Of a stretch of DNA of 64,000 bases, positions 20,419 to 31,337 are shown in pieces. The first letter of the stretch is position 1, and every line of letters begins with the position of its first letter. Source of the stretch: Promethearchaeota archaeon (lineage in GTDB: Archaea > Asgardarchaeota > Lokiarchaeia > Sigyniarchaeales > SOKP01); the NCBI GenBank assembly GCA_011364925.1, contig RDOA01000005.1:56898-120897 (forward strand). The letters are read 5' to 3'. The notes beneath the pieces are model-generated. The model was not told where the DNA came from and ran no database searches. It saw only the letters and a program-made list of their open reading frames with translations. The translations under genes were made by a program, and so were the position numbers.

Positions 20419-20663
20419 AGATTATTAATTAATAATAATTTTATTATTTGATTTCTAATTTAAATTAAATTCGCTAATTTATTATAAGTAAAAACATCAT
20501 GCAATAGTAAAAATATGAAAGAAAATATAGAACCTAAATTTCCTTTTCAATTTCCATTAATTTATAAAACTTTTTATACATACTAAAAACCATTTTTTTC
20601 TACATTTGTGTCCAACAAAGTAGGTAATAAGGTTTTTAAAATAGTGATAACAATATTGAATTT

Positions 20664-21497
20664 ATGAGTGAAAATCTCTTAAAAAAGCATGAGCTTACAA
20701 TTTATTATACACTAACATTTGTATTTATGGGTTTTGGGGCTTTGTTATCATTCATATTCAAAATCGAGATCTTTAGTGTAACTAATGTTGATATAATTTC
20801 TCTGATTTTATGGGTAGTTATGGCCTTTAGTCCCACTTACTCTGCCATTCTTCTTACAGGAATAAATCACGGTAAAGATGGTTTGAAAGAGCTATTATCT
20901 GGTTACTTCAAGTTTAGAGTATCATGGAAATGGTGGTTAGGTGCATTAGCTCTTGTACTTGTGCCATTTTTGACATGTGTCGTTATCGCATTAGTTAGTG
21001 GAGGATACACACTTCCTATAGAGTTTACGATCCCACTTTTAATTGTTAATATAGTTTATACCTTTTTTTCAGGACCTATCGCAGAAGAAGCTGGTTGGAG
21101 AGGCTTTGCTCTCCCCCGAATGCTTAAGAAACAAAATGCTACCACTGCTACACTCTTGCAAGGGGTGATTTGGATTTTTTGGCATGTACCTTTAATCTTT
21201 GTTCCTGGTTCCTCTCAGTCAACTTCATTTTGGCCAGTTTATGCTATTTTAATATTATTGGTTAATATTATTTTAAACTGGTTATATATAAACTCAAAAG
21301 GTAGCTTAGCAGTTACAATCCTAGCCCACTTCTCTTTCAATTTTAGTAGCGTACTCATACTTAGTTTGCTCTCTTTAGTTCCATATATGATCTTTAGTAT
21401 TGTAGGTTCAATTCTTGGAGTGCTCTATCTCTTGCTTATTTACATTTTTTTTAGTTCAAAGACGTACAAACCTCGATCTAAACCAAATAGAGAATAA
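20664..21497 (+). CDS. CPBP/Abi (CAAX type II) intramembrane protease
   Basis: EEAGWRG, WHVP, HFSFN. Confidence 0.88.
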   Translation: MSENLLKKHELTIYYTLTFVFMGFGALLSFIFKIEIFSVTNVDIISLILWVVMAFSPTYSAILLTGINHGKDGLKELLSGYFKFRVSWKWWLGALALVLVPFLTCVVIALVSGGYTLPIEFTIPLLIVNIVYTFFSGPIAEEAGWRGFALPRMLKKQNATTATLLQGVIWIFWHVPLIFVPGSSQSTSFWPVYAILILLVNIILNWLYINSKGSLAVTILAHFSFNFSSVLILSLLSLVPYMIFSIVGSILGVLYLLLIYIFFSSKTYKPRSKPNRE

Positions 21498-21692
21498 TCC
21501 AAACCTACTTTTCTTTTTGATTTTAAAAATTATTTTGATATTTATTTAACCCGTGTTTCCAAAATTCTTTTTTGATCTCTTTAAGCTCTTCCTGATTCGA
21601 GTGCATAATAATAAAGATTGTGATTTTAACGGGAATCATTGCTCAAATTAAATTAGCTTAGAAAATTTAAATCATAAAATTTTTAGTTATTT

Positions 21693-22196
21693 ATGAAAGT
21701 AAATCTAGAAATAACATTAGAAGAATTATTAGAATTGATGAGGTATTCTTTTCTCAGGCTAGATGGAGCGTGGTTCATGGCGTCGGTAGAGAAAGTTGGT
21801 TTGGAGACCGCGACAGAATTAGATGTTAAAGCATGGGAGATGTTTTCTGAAAGGTTGGGGAAAAAAATTGCTGCAATAACAAATTTGAAAGGCGCTTTCT
21901 CTCAAACAGTACCAAAATTATTGAAGATCCAACATACACTTATGAATATGAACTCAGAAATAGAGGTTATTAATGAGAACAAAATGATCCACAGAGTTTT
22001 AGATTGTGAAGTTTGGGAAATGGTTCAGAAAGTATGGCCTCAGGATGCAGTTCCTTGTCACAAGGTTACACTTGCGAGTATTAGAGGTTTGCTAAAGGGA
22101 GCTTTTCCAGAAAAAGAGTTTATCTTGAAATTTAATAAGAAAATTCCTTTAGGAGATCCTTATTGTGAAATTGAAATTTCCATTAAAAATTCATGA
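21693..22196 (+). CDS. DUF6125/V4R-like Cys-containing protein
   Basis: LDGAWF, conserved Cys residues, GDPYCE C-terminus. Confidence 0.55.
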   Translation: MKVNLEITLEELLELMRYSFLRLDGAWFMASVEKVGLETATELDVKAWEMFSERLGKKIAAITNLKGAFSQTVPKLLKIQHTLMNMNSEIEVINENKMIHRVLDCEVWEMVQKVWPQDAVPCHKVTLASIRGLLKGAFPEKEFILKFNKKIPLGDPYCEIEISIKNS

Positions 22197-22308
22197 TAAC
22201 TTTATCTCTTTATAGTTATATTTCCTACTATTTTCTCTTTTTAATTTGAACTTTTTTACCTAAAGTGCTTCTTCATGAATTTTTACATTTTCCTAAAAAC
22301 ATTTAATT

Positions 22309-23355
22309 TTAAATCACTGTTGGATTTAAAATCTCGTTCGCTGAGGTGCCCTTATAAATCTCTTTCGCTAAATTTCTTAACCCATCAAGTCCTATCGGTT
22401 CTTCTTTAAGTCGATCAGACTCCCAAATTTTTGTGTTTCTAAACTCGTTTTTAATTTCTTGGAGATATTTTTGCTGAACCGAAGAAATCTGACCACAAAA
22501 GTCACATTTCTTAGCATGTTTCTTAGGAATTATCATATTTATATGGACAGCATCTAGGTTAATATATTTTTTAGTTAAATCTCTCGCTCTTTTAACTTCC
22601 TCAAAACTTGGTTTCTCAGCAATCGAAACCAATCTTAATGATCCTACATTATGAATTAGTTCAGTGATCCTTTCTCCTCGTTTTTCAAGTTCAACCATCA
22701 TGTCAAAGATTTCTTTTCCCAACTCCTTTCTGTTTTCATAACCATCATCGAACGGCTTTAAAATTTGCCTAAACATGTTAGAGAAATTTTTCATAGCGTC
22801 TTTAATGGAATTATAAAAATTTAGCGAATATTTCAAAACTACTTTGACTTGATCTTCAGGAATTTCAAAAAGTGCGATCATATTTGCAGTTGGGGGAAAA
22901 TCAGCTATAATGATATCAAATTGTATGTCCTGAGAATTTACATCCTCTGAGTCTAAGATTTTTTGGAAAAACATGGCATTTTTTAAAGCTAAGGGTATGG
23001 AATCTGTTGTAAAAGTCGTATCAATAAATTCCTCAATTTGCGGGATTCTACCTATTAAAGGCATCTGCTTCGTCAATGTCTTCATTTTATTAACTAAATC
23101 TTGCGTATAAACTTCTGCATATTCATTCGCATCTGGTTCAATCGCCCATAAATTGCTCGTAATTGGAGTTATCGCGTTACCTATCTCTTTTGATAGTAGA
23201 TCTGATAGATTATGTGCCATATCAAAAGACATTAAAAGAATCTTCTTTTCTGGTAGCAAATCGGATAAAATTACTGCTGTAGCAGTGCTTATAGAGCTTT
23301 TACCAACTCCTCCTTTCCCACCTAACACTATTATCTTTTCGATCATACTGTACAC
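22309..23355 (-). CDS. ArsA/GET3-family ATPase (single domain)
   Basis: GKGGVGKS, DMAHNLSD, C-terminal CDFC, EPIGLDGL. Confidence 0.85.
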   Translation of the reverse strand: MYSMIEKIIVLGGKGGVGKSSISTATAVILSDLLPEKKILLMSFDMAHNLSDLLSKEIGNAITPITSNLWAIEPDANEYAEVYTQDLVNKMKTLTKQMPLIGRIPQIEEFIDTTFTTDSIPLALKNAMFFQKILDSEDVNSQDIQFDIIIADFPPTANMIALFEIPEDQVKVVLKYSLNFYNSIKDAMKNFSNMFRQILKPFDDGYENRKELGKEIFDMMVELEKRGERITELIHNVGSLRLVSIAEKPSFEEVKRARDLTKKYINLDAVHINMIIPKKHAKKCDFCGQISSVQQKYLQEIKNEFRNTKIWESDRLKEEPIGLDGLRNLAKEIYKGTSANEILNPTVI

Positions 23356-23444
23356 TGAAATATTTTAAGATCAGAAGCAAAATAGTAACAAATATTAATA
23401 ATATAAAATAAATTCAATAATTTTAATAATTCGACACTAATTTG

Positions 23445-23621
23445 CTATTTGTTTTCTGGAAAAAATATTAATCTTCCTGAAAGTGTAGGTTGTTCAGAAT
23501 TCTTATCTTCTTCGAAATAAAAATAAAACCTTCCAATCTCGGTAATAACTCTACATTTGAATTTTCTTTTTGTAGAATTTGAAAGCCTTTTTAACAGTTT
23601 ATTATTCCAATAAAGGGACAT
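23445..23621 (-). CDS. Possible 58-aa small protein
   Basis: ATG-initiated ORF MSLIGIIKLLKRL...FFPENK upstream of the ATPase on the same strand. Confidence 0.25.
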   Translation of the reverse strand: MSLYWNNKLLKRLSNSTKRKFKCRVITEIGRFYFYFEEDKNSEQPTLSGRLIFFPENK

Positions 23622-24151
23622 ATTTTATATGACTCTATTCTTCTTAAAAAAAATCCATTTTATGGAGATATTATCACACTAAGTGTTAAATCTAATTTAA
23701 TACTTCAAATTAGCAAAAAATATATTGAATAAAATATTTTAATCATATAATCATCATTTTTAGATAATTTTATCATATTTTCAAATTACAGAATAATATT
23801 AACACATTAAAGTTTTTAATCGAATAATTAAGATTTTCAAAAATTACTATTAATTAAATGAAATAATTAAATAAATCAATCAAAAAATAAAATCAAATAT
23901 TTAATGAAATCAATAAATCAAAATCATTAATTAGACTTATATAAATCTATAGAAGTAGATTCTTAATTCAAGCTTATAAAAGAACAAAAAACATCCTTTA
24001 AAAGATATAACCATCAGAAAAATCAATTAAAACTACTCTATTTAGTTCTAGTTCCTATTTAGTAGTTAGATTTTACTTCTCCTTATAAGTTTAGAATTAG
24101 TTTTGATTTGCTGATGAAATTAGGTAAGATGACAATAAAATAGAAAAGGAA

Positions 24152-25333
24152 GTGATTATGATTACATCAAATAATGTAGATTTTACTACAAAGTATATAA
24201 TTGAGGTAAAATTTAAGATTAAAGGTGTTGTTGAGAAATCAGACATTGTGGGGGCCGTTTTTGGACAAACTGAAGGCCTCCTCTTGGATTTAGATTTAAG
24301 AGATCTTCAGAAGTCTGGAAGAATCGGTCGGATTGAAGTTGATAACGAATCTAAGGAAGGAGTTTCCGAAGGAATCATTAAGATACCTTCGAGTTTAACA
24401 CGTAAAGAGACGGCTCTATTAGCAGCAACAGTTGAAACTGTCACTCGTGTAGGTCCTTGTGAAGCTGAAATCCGTCTAATGGAAATAAGAGATGTACGAG
24501 AAACGAAACGTAAACGAATAATAGAGAGGGCGGCTGTATTATTAAAAGAATGGGACCAAAAATCTCTAGATCATAGTGAAATTGAAGAGAAAATAGACGC
24601 AGGCATCAAACTCGGAGAAATTACTGCTTGGGGTCCAGAAAATTTACCTGCAGGTCCTGATGTCGAAACAAATCCAGATTTAATTATTGTTGAAGGCAGA
24701 GCTGATGTTCTGAATTTACTACGTATAGAAGTAAAAAATACAATTGCGGTTCAAGGTACGCAAGTACCCAAATCAGTTTTAAAATTAATAGAATCGAAGA
24801 ATTCAACAACTGCTTTCTTAGATGGCGATAGAGGTGGCGACATTATTTTAAACGAGCTTTTACAACTAACCAAAATTGATTACATCGCGCGAGCTCCCGA
24901 AGGCTTAGAAGTAGAAGAACTTACGCGTAAACAAATGATAAAAGCTCTCCAAAGTAAAAAACCTTCAGAAAATAAAACTGAATCACGCTCAAAAGATAAA
25001 AAAGCATTAACTGGTAAGGATGCATTATTTCAAAAACTTATGAAAAAATTGAAGGTAAAAAATCACTCAATCATAAAAGAAAGTTTAGAACAAATAGAAC
25101 CGGGACACAGTATTGGATTTAATAAGAGTTTAGAGAAATTATTTGATATACCAGCTGGAGAACTTTTTGAAAAGATTAAAGATTATCAATCGACACAATT
25201 TCTTGTGATTGATGGCATCTTAACGGGGCGTCTGATTTCACTTTTGGTGCCCATGAAAATAAAGTTTATTGCTTCTAAAAATAAGGAAGAAGATCTTAGA
25301 GTTCCCTCAGATATCATAACATTCTTCTTTTAA
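24152..25333 (+). CDS. dnaG: Archaeal DnaG (exosome-associated, TOPRIM)
   Basis: GAVFGQTEGLL, VEGRADV, FLDGDRGG. Confidence 0.95.
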   Translation: MIMITSNNVDFTTKYIIEVKFKIKGVVEKSDIVGAVFGQTEGLLLDLDLRDLQKSGRIGRIEVDNESKEGVSEGIIKIPSSLTRKETALLAATVETVTRVGPCEAEIRLMEIRDVRETKRKRIIERAAVLLKEWDQKSLDHSEIEEKIDAGIKLGEITAWGPENLPAGPDVETNPDLIIVEGRADVLNLLRIEVKNTIAVQGTQVPKSVLKLIESKNSTTAFLDGDRGGDIILNELLQLTKIDYIARAPEGLEVEELTRKQMIKALQSKKPSENKTESRSKDKKALTGKDALFQKLMKKLKVKNHSIIKESLEQIEPGHSIGFNKSLEKLFDIPAGELFEKIKDYQSTQFLVIDGILTGRLISLLVPMKIKFIASKNKEEDLRVPSDIITFFF

Positions 25334-25371
25334 TTTGTATCTTTTTCTGAAGTCTAATTTTAAGATCTCAA

Positions 25372-25791
25372 TTATCTTTTTGTACATTTTACATTTATTG
25401 GTAATCCTTCAGCTATAGAGTTCGAGACTATGCAATATTCCCTAAACTTTTCAATGCATTTGTTAATCTCTACTTCCGAATTAGCTTCTTTCGGAGTAAA
25501 TTTCAGCTCAACATTGACAGTCGCTAATCTTAAAAGCATTTTAGGACCAGAATGAGATAACTTCCCTTCTACTTCTATTTTTAAATCTTCCAGCTCGATA
25601 TTCTCCTTCTGAAGACAATAAATAAATGAGGTACCTAAGCACCCTCCTATCCCTATTAATAAATACTCAACCGCACTTGGACCGAGATCTGTTCCGTGAA
25701 ACGAGATTGGTTCGTCTACATCAAATTCTATAAATTTCCTTACAGAAGCTTTAAAATGAAGGTCTTTACTATAGTCTAATAACACTTTCAT
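25372..25791 (-). CDS. OsmC family protein
   Basis: DEP..GTDLGPSAVEYLL..GGC; YCIVSNS. Confidence 0.85.
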   Translation of the reverse strand: MKVLLDYSKDLHFKASVRKFIEFDVDEPISFHGTDLGPSAVEYLLIGIGGCLGTSFIYCLQKENIELEDLKIEVEGKLSHSGPKMLLRLATVNVELKFTPKEANSEVEINKCIEKFREYCIVSNSIAEGLPINVKCTKR

Positions 25792-25851
25792 AACAATAAA
25801 ACCTTAAAAACAACTTATTGTTTTAAAAGAAATAAAATTTGTTTAAAAACT

Positions 25852-26103
25852 CTACCCAATGTTTAAGACGAAATTAACTAGAGTCCAAATTAGCTGAATA
25901 ACATACGAGATAACGCCTAATATTAAAATTCCAACAGCACAAATCTTAAAAACAAGAAAATAATCTTTCCTACTCGGTCTATTTGCGATTTTAAATATTC
26001 TTCTAGTATTCTGAAAAAAGACTCCTATACGCTCGTAAAGGGATAGTTTCTTCCCCTTGTCGTATCTCTCGTATTTCTCATACTTTGGGTAACTATTAGA
26101 CAC
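25852..26103 (-). CDS. secE: Protein translocase SecE/Sec61-gamma
   Basis: RIFKIANRPSRKDY followed by a TM helix; downstream of ftsY. Confidence 0.88.
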   Translation of the reverse strand: MSNSYPKYEKYERYDKGKKLSLYERIGVFFQNTRRIFKIANRPSRKDYFLVFKICAVGILILGVISYVIQLIWTLVNFVLNIG

Positions 26104-26158
26104 AATTAAAGTAAAAATAAATATTTAAAAAATTTAACTGTTATTCCCAATTTCTTCT

Positions 26159-27073
26159 TTATTCTTCGGTAATATCAAGAATATTTGATAAGAAAATCTC
26201 GCTGTTAAACGGCTCTAGGTCGTCATACCCTTGTCCTATCCCCACAAAAAGAATAGGTTTTTTCGTTTCGTAAGAAATTGAAAGTGCGGCCCCCCCCTTT
26301 GCATCAGCATCAAATTTAGTAAGGATATTTGCATCGATTCCAACATTATTATTAAATTCTTTGGCTTGATTTAGGGCGTCATTTCCAGCTAGACTATCCC
26401 CTATGAACAAAGTCAAATCAGGTTCGATTACGCGAACTATTTTCTGCATCTCTCGCATCAAATTTTTATTACTCACTTGTCTTCCTGCAGTATCTACGAG
26501 TACAACATTAACATTTTTTGATTTTGCGTGTTGTAACGCATCATAGGCTACGCTCGCAGGATCTGATTTATATTCGTGTTTGATTACCCTAATCCCTACT
26601 TTTTGCATATGATAAGAGAGTTGTTCGATAGCAGCTGCTCTAAAAGTATCCGAAGCTGCAGCTACGGAAGAAATACCGTTTTTTTTTAAGTAATGGGCTA
26701 TTTTTGCAATTGTGGTGGTTTTTCCCGTTCCGTTAACTCCTAAAAAACAAATAACATATGGATTACCTTCTTGATTTTTCTTTTTAATTTCGTCCAGTAA
26801 ATCAATTTGTTTTTCTGGAGTTAAAATTTCTCTGATTACACCTTTTAAGATTTCGAAAAGTAATTTTTTTTTTGACGTAAGCCTTCCTATTTGTTCACCC
26901 TTGAGAGAATCTCTAATTTTTTGACATAAAATATCTGCGGTTTCAGTAGCTACATCATTTCCAATCAGTAATAAATTTAGTTCACTTAAAGCACTTTCTA
27001 AGTTTTCTGATGTGAGTGTTTTTTTGACGAATGTAGAAAAAATACTGCTTATTTTTTTCATTAATATGACCAC
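26159..27073 (-). CDS. ftsY: SRP receptor FtsY
   Basis: GVNGTGKTTT, DTFRAAA, DTAGR, TKFDADAKGG. Confidence 0.95.
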   Translation of the reverse strand: MVILMKKISSIFSTFVKKTLTSENLESALSELNLLLIGNDVATETADILCQKIRDSLKGEQIGRLTSKKKLLFEILKGVIREILTPEKQIDLLDEIKKKNQEGNPYVICFLGVNGTGKTTTIAKIAHYLKKNGISSVAAASDTFRAAAIEQLSYHMQKVGIRVIKHEYKSDPASVAYDALQHAKSKNVNVVLVDTAGRQVSNKNLMREMQKIVRVIEPDLTLFIGDSLAGNDALNQAKEFNNNVGIDANILTKFDADAKGGAALSISYETKKPILFVGIGQGYDDLEPFNSEIFLSNILDITEE

Positions 27074-27114
27074 TTGAATTAAAAATCAATGTATTCTTAA
27101 AAAAAGGATTCAAA

Positions 27115-27531
27115 CTATTGTTGAGACATTCTATTTTGTAGAATTTGATTCATACTCTGAAGGTTTAAATCTAAGTTGTATATTCTCTCTTGGAGAAATT
27201 TTAACTGAGTATTATGCTGTTCGATAAGTTTTGTAACGAATTCAATTGCTTCCTCAACAGTTTTTTCGATAACCGTGTCGTTTTTAACATACACAAGGAC
27301 TTTTTTAGTCTCTTTCAAAGTTGCCTTAATGTTGACTAAACCTCCAATCGGGATAAGAATTTCATCATTATCGTTAACCCCATCCTTAAGATTATCTAAG
27401 GTTAGTTTTGTCGTGTATAAATTCCCAAGAGACGCATTTATTATTTCAAATTGACCTTGAAATATATCTCGTTGTTCCTTAATATACCGATATTGACTTA
27501 ATTGTACCTCTAAACTCTGATCATTTTCCAT
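27115..27531 (-). CDS. pfdA: Prefoldin alpha subunit
   Basis: Coiled coils around EILIPIGG; synteny. Confidence 0.88.
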   Translation of the reverse strand: MENDQSLEVQLSQYRYIKEQRDIFQGQFEIINASLGNLYTTKLTLDNLKDGVNDNDEILIPIGGLVNIKATLKETKKVLVYVKNDTVIEKTVEEAIEFVTKLIEQHNTQLKFLQERIYNLDLNLQSMNQILQNRMSQQ

Positions 27532-27561
27532 ATAAAATCAATTAATGCTGTAATTGTATTT

Positions 27562-27789
27562 TTATTTAGACAATTCTCTTATTAAATAATCTTGACTCTC
27601 TTCCGGAGTTATTTCTTTTATTTCTTGGATATTTATCTGTCTTCTAAGAATCCCAATTGATGTGATTTGACTTAAAGCTTTTTCTAAAGCATCTTTTTCT
27701 TTTAAAGCTCGAACTTCTTTACGAAATAAATATCTTCTATGTTTTTTTTTATAGGTGCCAATAATCCTATAGATTTTAATTTCTGACAT
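27562..27789 (-). CDS. rplX: Ribosomal protein eL20 (LX/L18Ae)
   Basis: IYRIIG...FRKEVRALKEKDALEK; synteny. Confidence 0.88.
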   Translation of the reverse strand: MSEIKIYRIIGTYKKKHRRYLFRKEVRALKEKDALEKALSQITSIGILRRQINIQEIKEITPEESQDYLIRELSK

Positions 27790-27895
27790 GATTTAACCTT
27801 TCAAATCTATCAACGAAGTTAACCAAGATAATTATTTTAAAAATATTAAATTTTGCTTTTTGTTGAACAGTAATATAACGCTGATAATCTCAGCC

Positions 27896-28576
27896 CTATA
27901 ACATCAATACGTTAGTTAAACGCATCATCTCTGGACCAGTGCATTCATATCCAAATATACCACTCTGATCATTAACTATTGCACCTGAGGAGAGATACGG
28001 AATTCCTCTGTTAACGGTGGATACATCGGTTTCTTTGACTTTTAGAATATCCGAAATAATATCTATTTCTTCGTCAGTGGTAAGAGGATGAACTAGACAC
28101 CCGTTATTATTTGTCAACGATATAGAACCGGGAAGATAATTATTAACAAACTCGTAAATTACCGTCTCAACACATAAAGTATTTTCAATTTGGTCTTTAT
28201 AATCCTGTAAAAGAGTAGAAATTATAGCGCCTTTATCGTTACATAATATTAGATTTCCAAAAGCATTGTCTAGCGATTCAAGAATCCCAATTTGATAACC
28301 ACTATTTATTTCATTCGAATAATTCTTCAAACGTTGAATTTCTTCTTCCCTTGTAATGTAGGGAACAATTGTCCCATATTTATTACTTGCGGTATATACT
28401 CCAATTAAATTTGAATTGTTAATTGAGATAGGATAAAAGGGAACTTCAAATACGCTTTTAATTTTTTCAATAACAGGTTTAAGTAGCGTAGCTGGATACA
28501 AACCAAACAAATTATTAACTGCTAAGTACACTCCGACAGAATTTTTACCAAATATTTGGTACTTTAAAATTGTCAT
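27896..28576 (-). CDS. eif6: Translation initiation factor aIF-6
   Basis: GNLILCNDKGA, STVNRG, TGPE. Confidence 0.93.
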   Translation of the reverse strand: MTILKYQIFGKNSVGVYLAVNNLFGLYPATLLKPVIEKIKSVFEVPFYPISINNSNLIGVYTASNKYGTIVPYITREEEIQRLKNYSNEINSGYQIGILESLDNAFGNLILCNDKGAIISTLLQDYKDQIENTLCVETVIYEFVNNYLPGSISLTNNNGCLVHPLTTDEEIDIISDILKVKETDVSTVNRGIPYLSSGAIVNDQSGIFGYECTGPEMMRLTNVLML

Positions 28577-28712
28577 TTAATGTATTGGATAGACTTCTAA
28601 ACCATAAATATTTTATTAAAACGAATAGGATAAGTCATTTTCACATTCAGAGAACTGTTTTATCATAATTTTGAGTTAATCTTTATTAATAAAGAATACT
28701 CAATTATTATCT

Positions 28713-30962
28713 ATGATAAATTGGGTTATTGCCTTTTTCTATTTTCTAGAAGAACTTGGTTTATTAAGAATTGAGACCATGGTTACGATAAACCTTCCAA
28801 TGTTGTTAATATTCAGGGGACTATACAGCATTACATATTATCTTAATTACAACAAGCGATTTGGCAGCGATCCTGAAAATAGATTGTCGTTATTTACTAA
28901 AAAGGAGACCAGTTACTTTTTTCTAAAACAAATAATAATAATTCTTTTTGGAACTATCCATTTGACTTTTACACTGTTTATTAGCTTTTATTCTTTAATG
29001 ATGACTGGAAGATACATTACTAGCTTTGCTGAAACGATTAAAAATCGGCTACTAAAGACTCTAGGAAAACTCATAACATTTTTCGCTCCACTCCTAGGGA
29101 TAGTTTGGTACGCCCTTGTAGGATCAGATCTCTACTCCATTGCTGCTATTGGAGTAAGTACCATAGCTTTTTTACACTATGGCTCAAAAATTTCTCTCCT
29201 TTCTTTGAAAGAAATCTTGGAAAAATATAATAAAAGGCGAATCGAGAAAATCCCAAAAATTATTCAATATATACTATTAATCTTCTTAATTGCTTTCCCA
29301 ACGACTGTAATAATTGGAACTGGTTTGTATAAACCTCAGGAGAAACAAACATTTATGGTTCCGATGCGAGATGGAGTTCGATTAGCGACTGACATTTATT
29401 TTGCACCTGGATCTTTTGGAACACCTCGTCCGGTAATTCTAGTTCGAACACCCTATGGTAAATCTGGTTGGGCATATGATCTATATTCCTCACTTTACTT
29501 AATTCAAGATTATCATTTAGTCATTCAAGATCTTAGAGGTACTCACGATTCTGAGGGTGGTGAAGATTATCTACTTTTCATAAATTCCTATAAGGACGGT
29601 GTTGACACAATTTACTGGATATTAAATCAGAGTTGGTCGAACGGCAAGATAGCTAGCGCAGGTGTTTCTGCTTTATGTATTAACCAGTACTATTACGCTG
29701 GAATGGGTCCAAGTGGATTATTAGCTCAACAATTATGGTTTGGAACACCAGAATTGTTTGATCACGCAATCTTTCAAGGATCTTACCATAAGTCTTCAGT
29801 TGAAACTTGGATAAAATCGACCAGTCCATCCAATTGGCAATACCAAGTGGATACAATATTTTCAAAGACAATCCCTAAAAATGAAATTCTTTACAACTCA
29901 ACATCATTATCCTATCCTTTAGGACCTCGTTATTCCAAAGTTAATGTTTATGGAATTCATGTTGGTGGATGGTATGACCACTTTTTACAAGGCACGATAG
30001 ATGGTTTTATTGGATACGACGATAATGGAACTTCTAGAGCTCAAGGACATCAAAAACTCGTAATGGGTCCTTGGACTCATGGGAGCGTGTATGGTGGGCA
30101 ACAAGGAGAATTAATCTATCCCGAAAATTCTAACGGATTTAATTTATTGCTCGATTGGGACATGGAAGTATTTGACGCTGCTTTCTTTGGAACTCCAGCG
30201 GATTGGACTGGTGGAAGGGTCGCCTATTATTTAATGGGCGATGTCGATGTCAATTCAAATAAATGGAACTACTGGAGATATGCTTACGATTGGCCTTTAG
30301 ATTATGTAGATGATAAATGGTATTTCACGTTTGATGGTGGATTAAGTAATAACTCTGCTGGTGCTGAAAATAAGAGTTTCTCCTTTCTGTTCGATCCTCG
30401 AAACCCTGTTCCAAACTTGGGAGGACAAAACCAACCCTTCGATTTAGCGGGTCCCATGGATCAATCATCGATAGAAAGCCGATCTGATGTACTGATCTTC
30501 GAAACCCCTGTATTGACTGAAGACATCGAAACAGTGGGAAGAATATGGGGTAATTTATTTGTTACTTCAAATTGTACTGATACAGACTTCACAATTAAGT
30601 TAACTGATGTATATCCTGATGGGCGTTCAATGTTAATAACCGATGGTTCACTCACAGTTCGATACAGATATAACTACACATCAGAAGTTTTTATGTCAGG
30701 GAATCAAACAGACATTTATGAACTTTTAATTGATTGTTGGTCAACTGCTTATGTTTTTGGTGCGGGGCATAGAATAAGAGTAGCTATTTCAAGCTCAAAT
30801 TATCCTCGCTATGCTATAAATCCTAACACGGGAGCACCATTAGCTCGCGAATATTTAGACGCTGATATTGCGAACAATACTCTCTTTGTAGGTCCAGGAT
30901 ATAATTCTTGCATTATTCTACCAAGATTAGTAAATATGAGTAGTACTCATAAATTTTATTAA
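28713..30962 (+). CDS. Membrane-anchored CocE/NonD family hydrolase
   Basis: MRDGVRLATD, RTPYGK, QDLRG, GGWYD, GPWTH; N-terminal TM helices. Confidence 0.85.
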   Translation: MINWVIAFFYFLEELGLLRIETMVTINLPMLLIFRGLYSITYYLNYNKRFGSDPENRLSLFTKKETSYFFLKQIIIILFGTIHLTFTLFISFYSLMMTGRYITSFAETIKNRLLKTLGKLITFFAPLLGIVWYALVGSDLYSIAAIGVSTIAFLHYGSKISLLSLKEILEKYNKRRIEKIPKIIQYILLIFLIAFPTTVIIGTGLYKPQEKQTFMVPMRDGVRLATDIYFAPGSFGTPRPVILVRTPYGKSGWAYDLYSSLYLIQDYHLVIQDLRGTHDSEGGEDYLLFINSYKDGVDTIYWILNQSWSNGKIASAGVSALCINQYYYAGMGPSGLLAQQLWFGTPELFDHAIFQGSYHKSSVETWIKSTSPSNWQYQVDTIFSKTIPKNEILYNSTSLSYPLGPRYSKVNVYGIHVGGWYDHFLQGTIDGFIGYDDNGTSRAQGHQKLVMGPWTHGSVYGGQQGELIYPENSNGFNLLLDWDMEVFDAAFFGTPADWTGGRVAYYLMGDVDVNSNKWNYWRYAYDWPLDYVDDKWYFTFDGGLSNNSAGAENKSFSFLFDPRNPVPNLGGQNQPFDLAGPMDQSSIESRSDVLIFETPVLTEDIETVGRIWGNLFVTSNCTDTDFTIKLTDVYPDGRSMLITDGSLTVRYRYNYTSEVFMSGNQTDIYELLIDCWSTAYVFGAGHRIRVAISSSNYPRYAINPNTGAPLAREYLDADIANNTLFVGPGYNSCIILPRLVNMSSTHKFY

Positions 30963-30972
30963 CATTTTTTTT

Positions 30973-31209
30973 CTATTTTAACATTTCGAGGAATTCATTT
31001 TCAGTTATGAAGGTTACGCCTAATTTACGCGCTTTAATAGAGTCCTTGGATTCATCTTTTTTATTATTAGTAACTAAATACCACAAGTCGGTAGATACAT
31101 GTTCTCTAACGATTCCTCCTTTCTCAGTTACTCTTTTCTTCGCTTCTTCTTTTCCCATTGTTTTTAAATCTGACGGAAAGAAGAATTTTATTAAAGATAG
31201 ATCTGCTAT
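30973..31209 (-). CDS. Stand-alone BRCT-domain protein (ligase-type; likely ATA start)
   Basis: EEAKKRVTEKGG...KARKLGVTFITENEFLEML; the first BRCT strand lies in 17 upstream codons after GGTGA. Confidence 0.75.
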   Translation of the reverse strand: MADLSLIKFFFPSDLKTMGKEEAKKRVTEKGGIVREHVSTDLWYLVTNNKKDESKDSIKARKLGVTFITENEFLEMLK

Positions 31210-31337
31210 TTTTTATCACCTTCTAACTGTGATAGGATCAACAACTATTTCTAATACGAAGAAAAAGATTTAACTTTTAAAACTAATGGACCAAAGGAAA
31301 TTTATAATTTTTAAAATGAGAAGAATTTACTAAGGTT

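Noticed and set aside
23650-24150. Replication origin
   Set aside because: AT-rich, but no ORB elements and no adjacent cdc6/orc1; kept only as a weak finding
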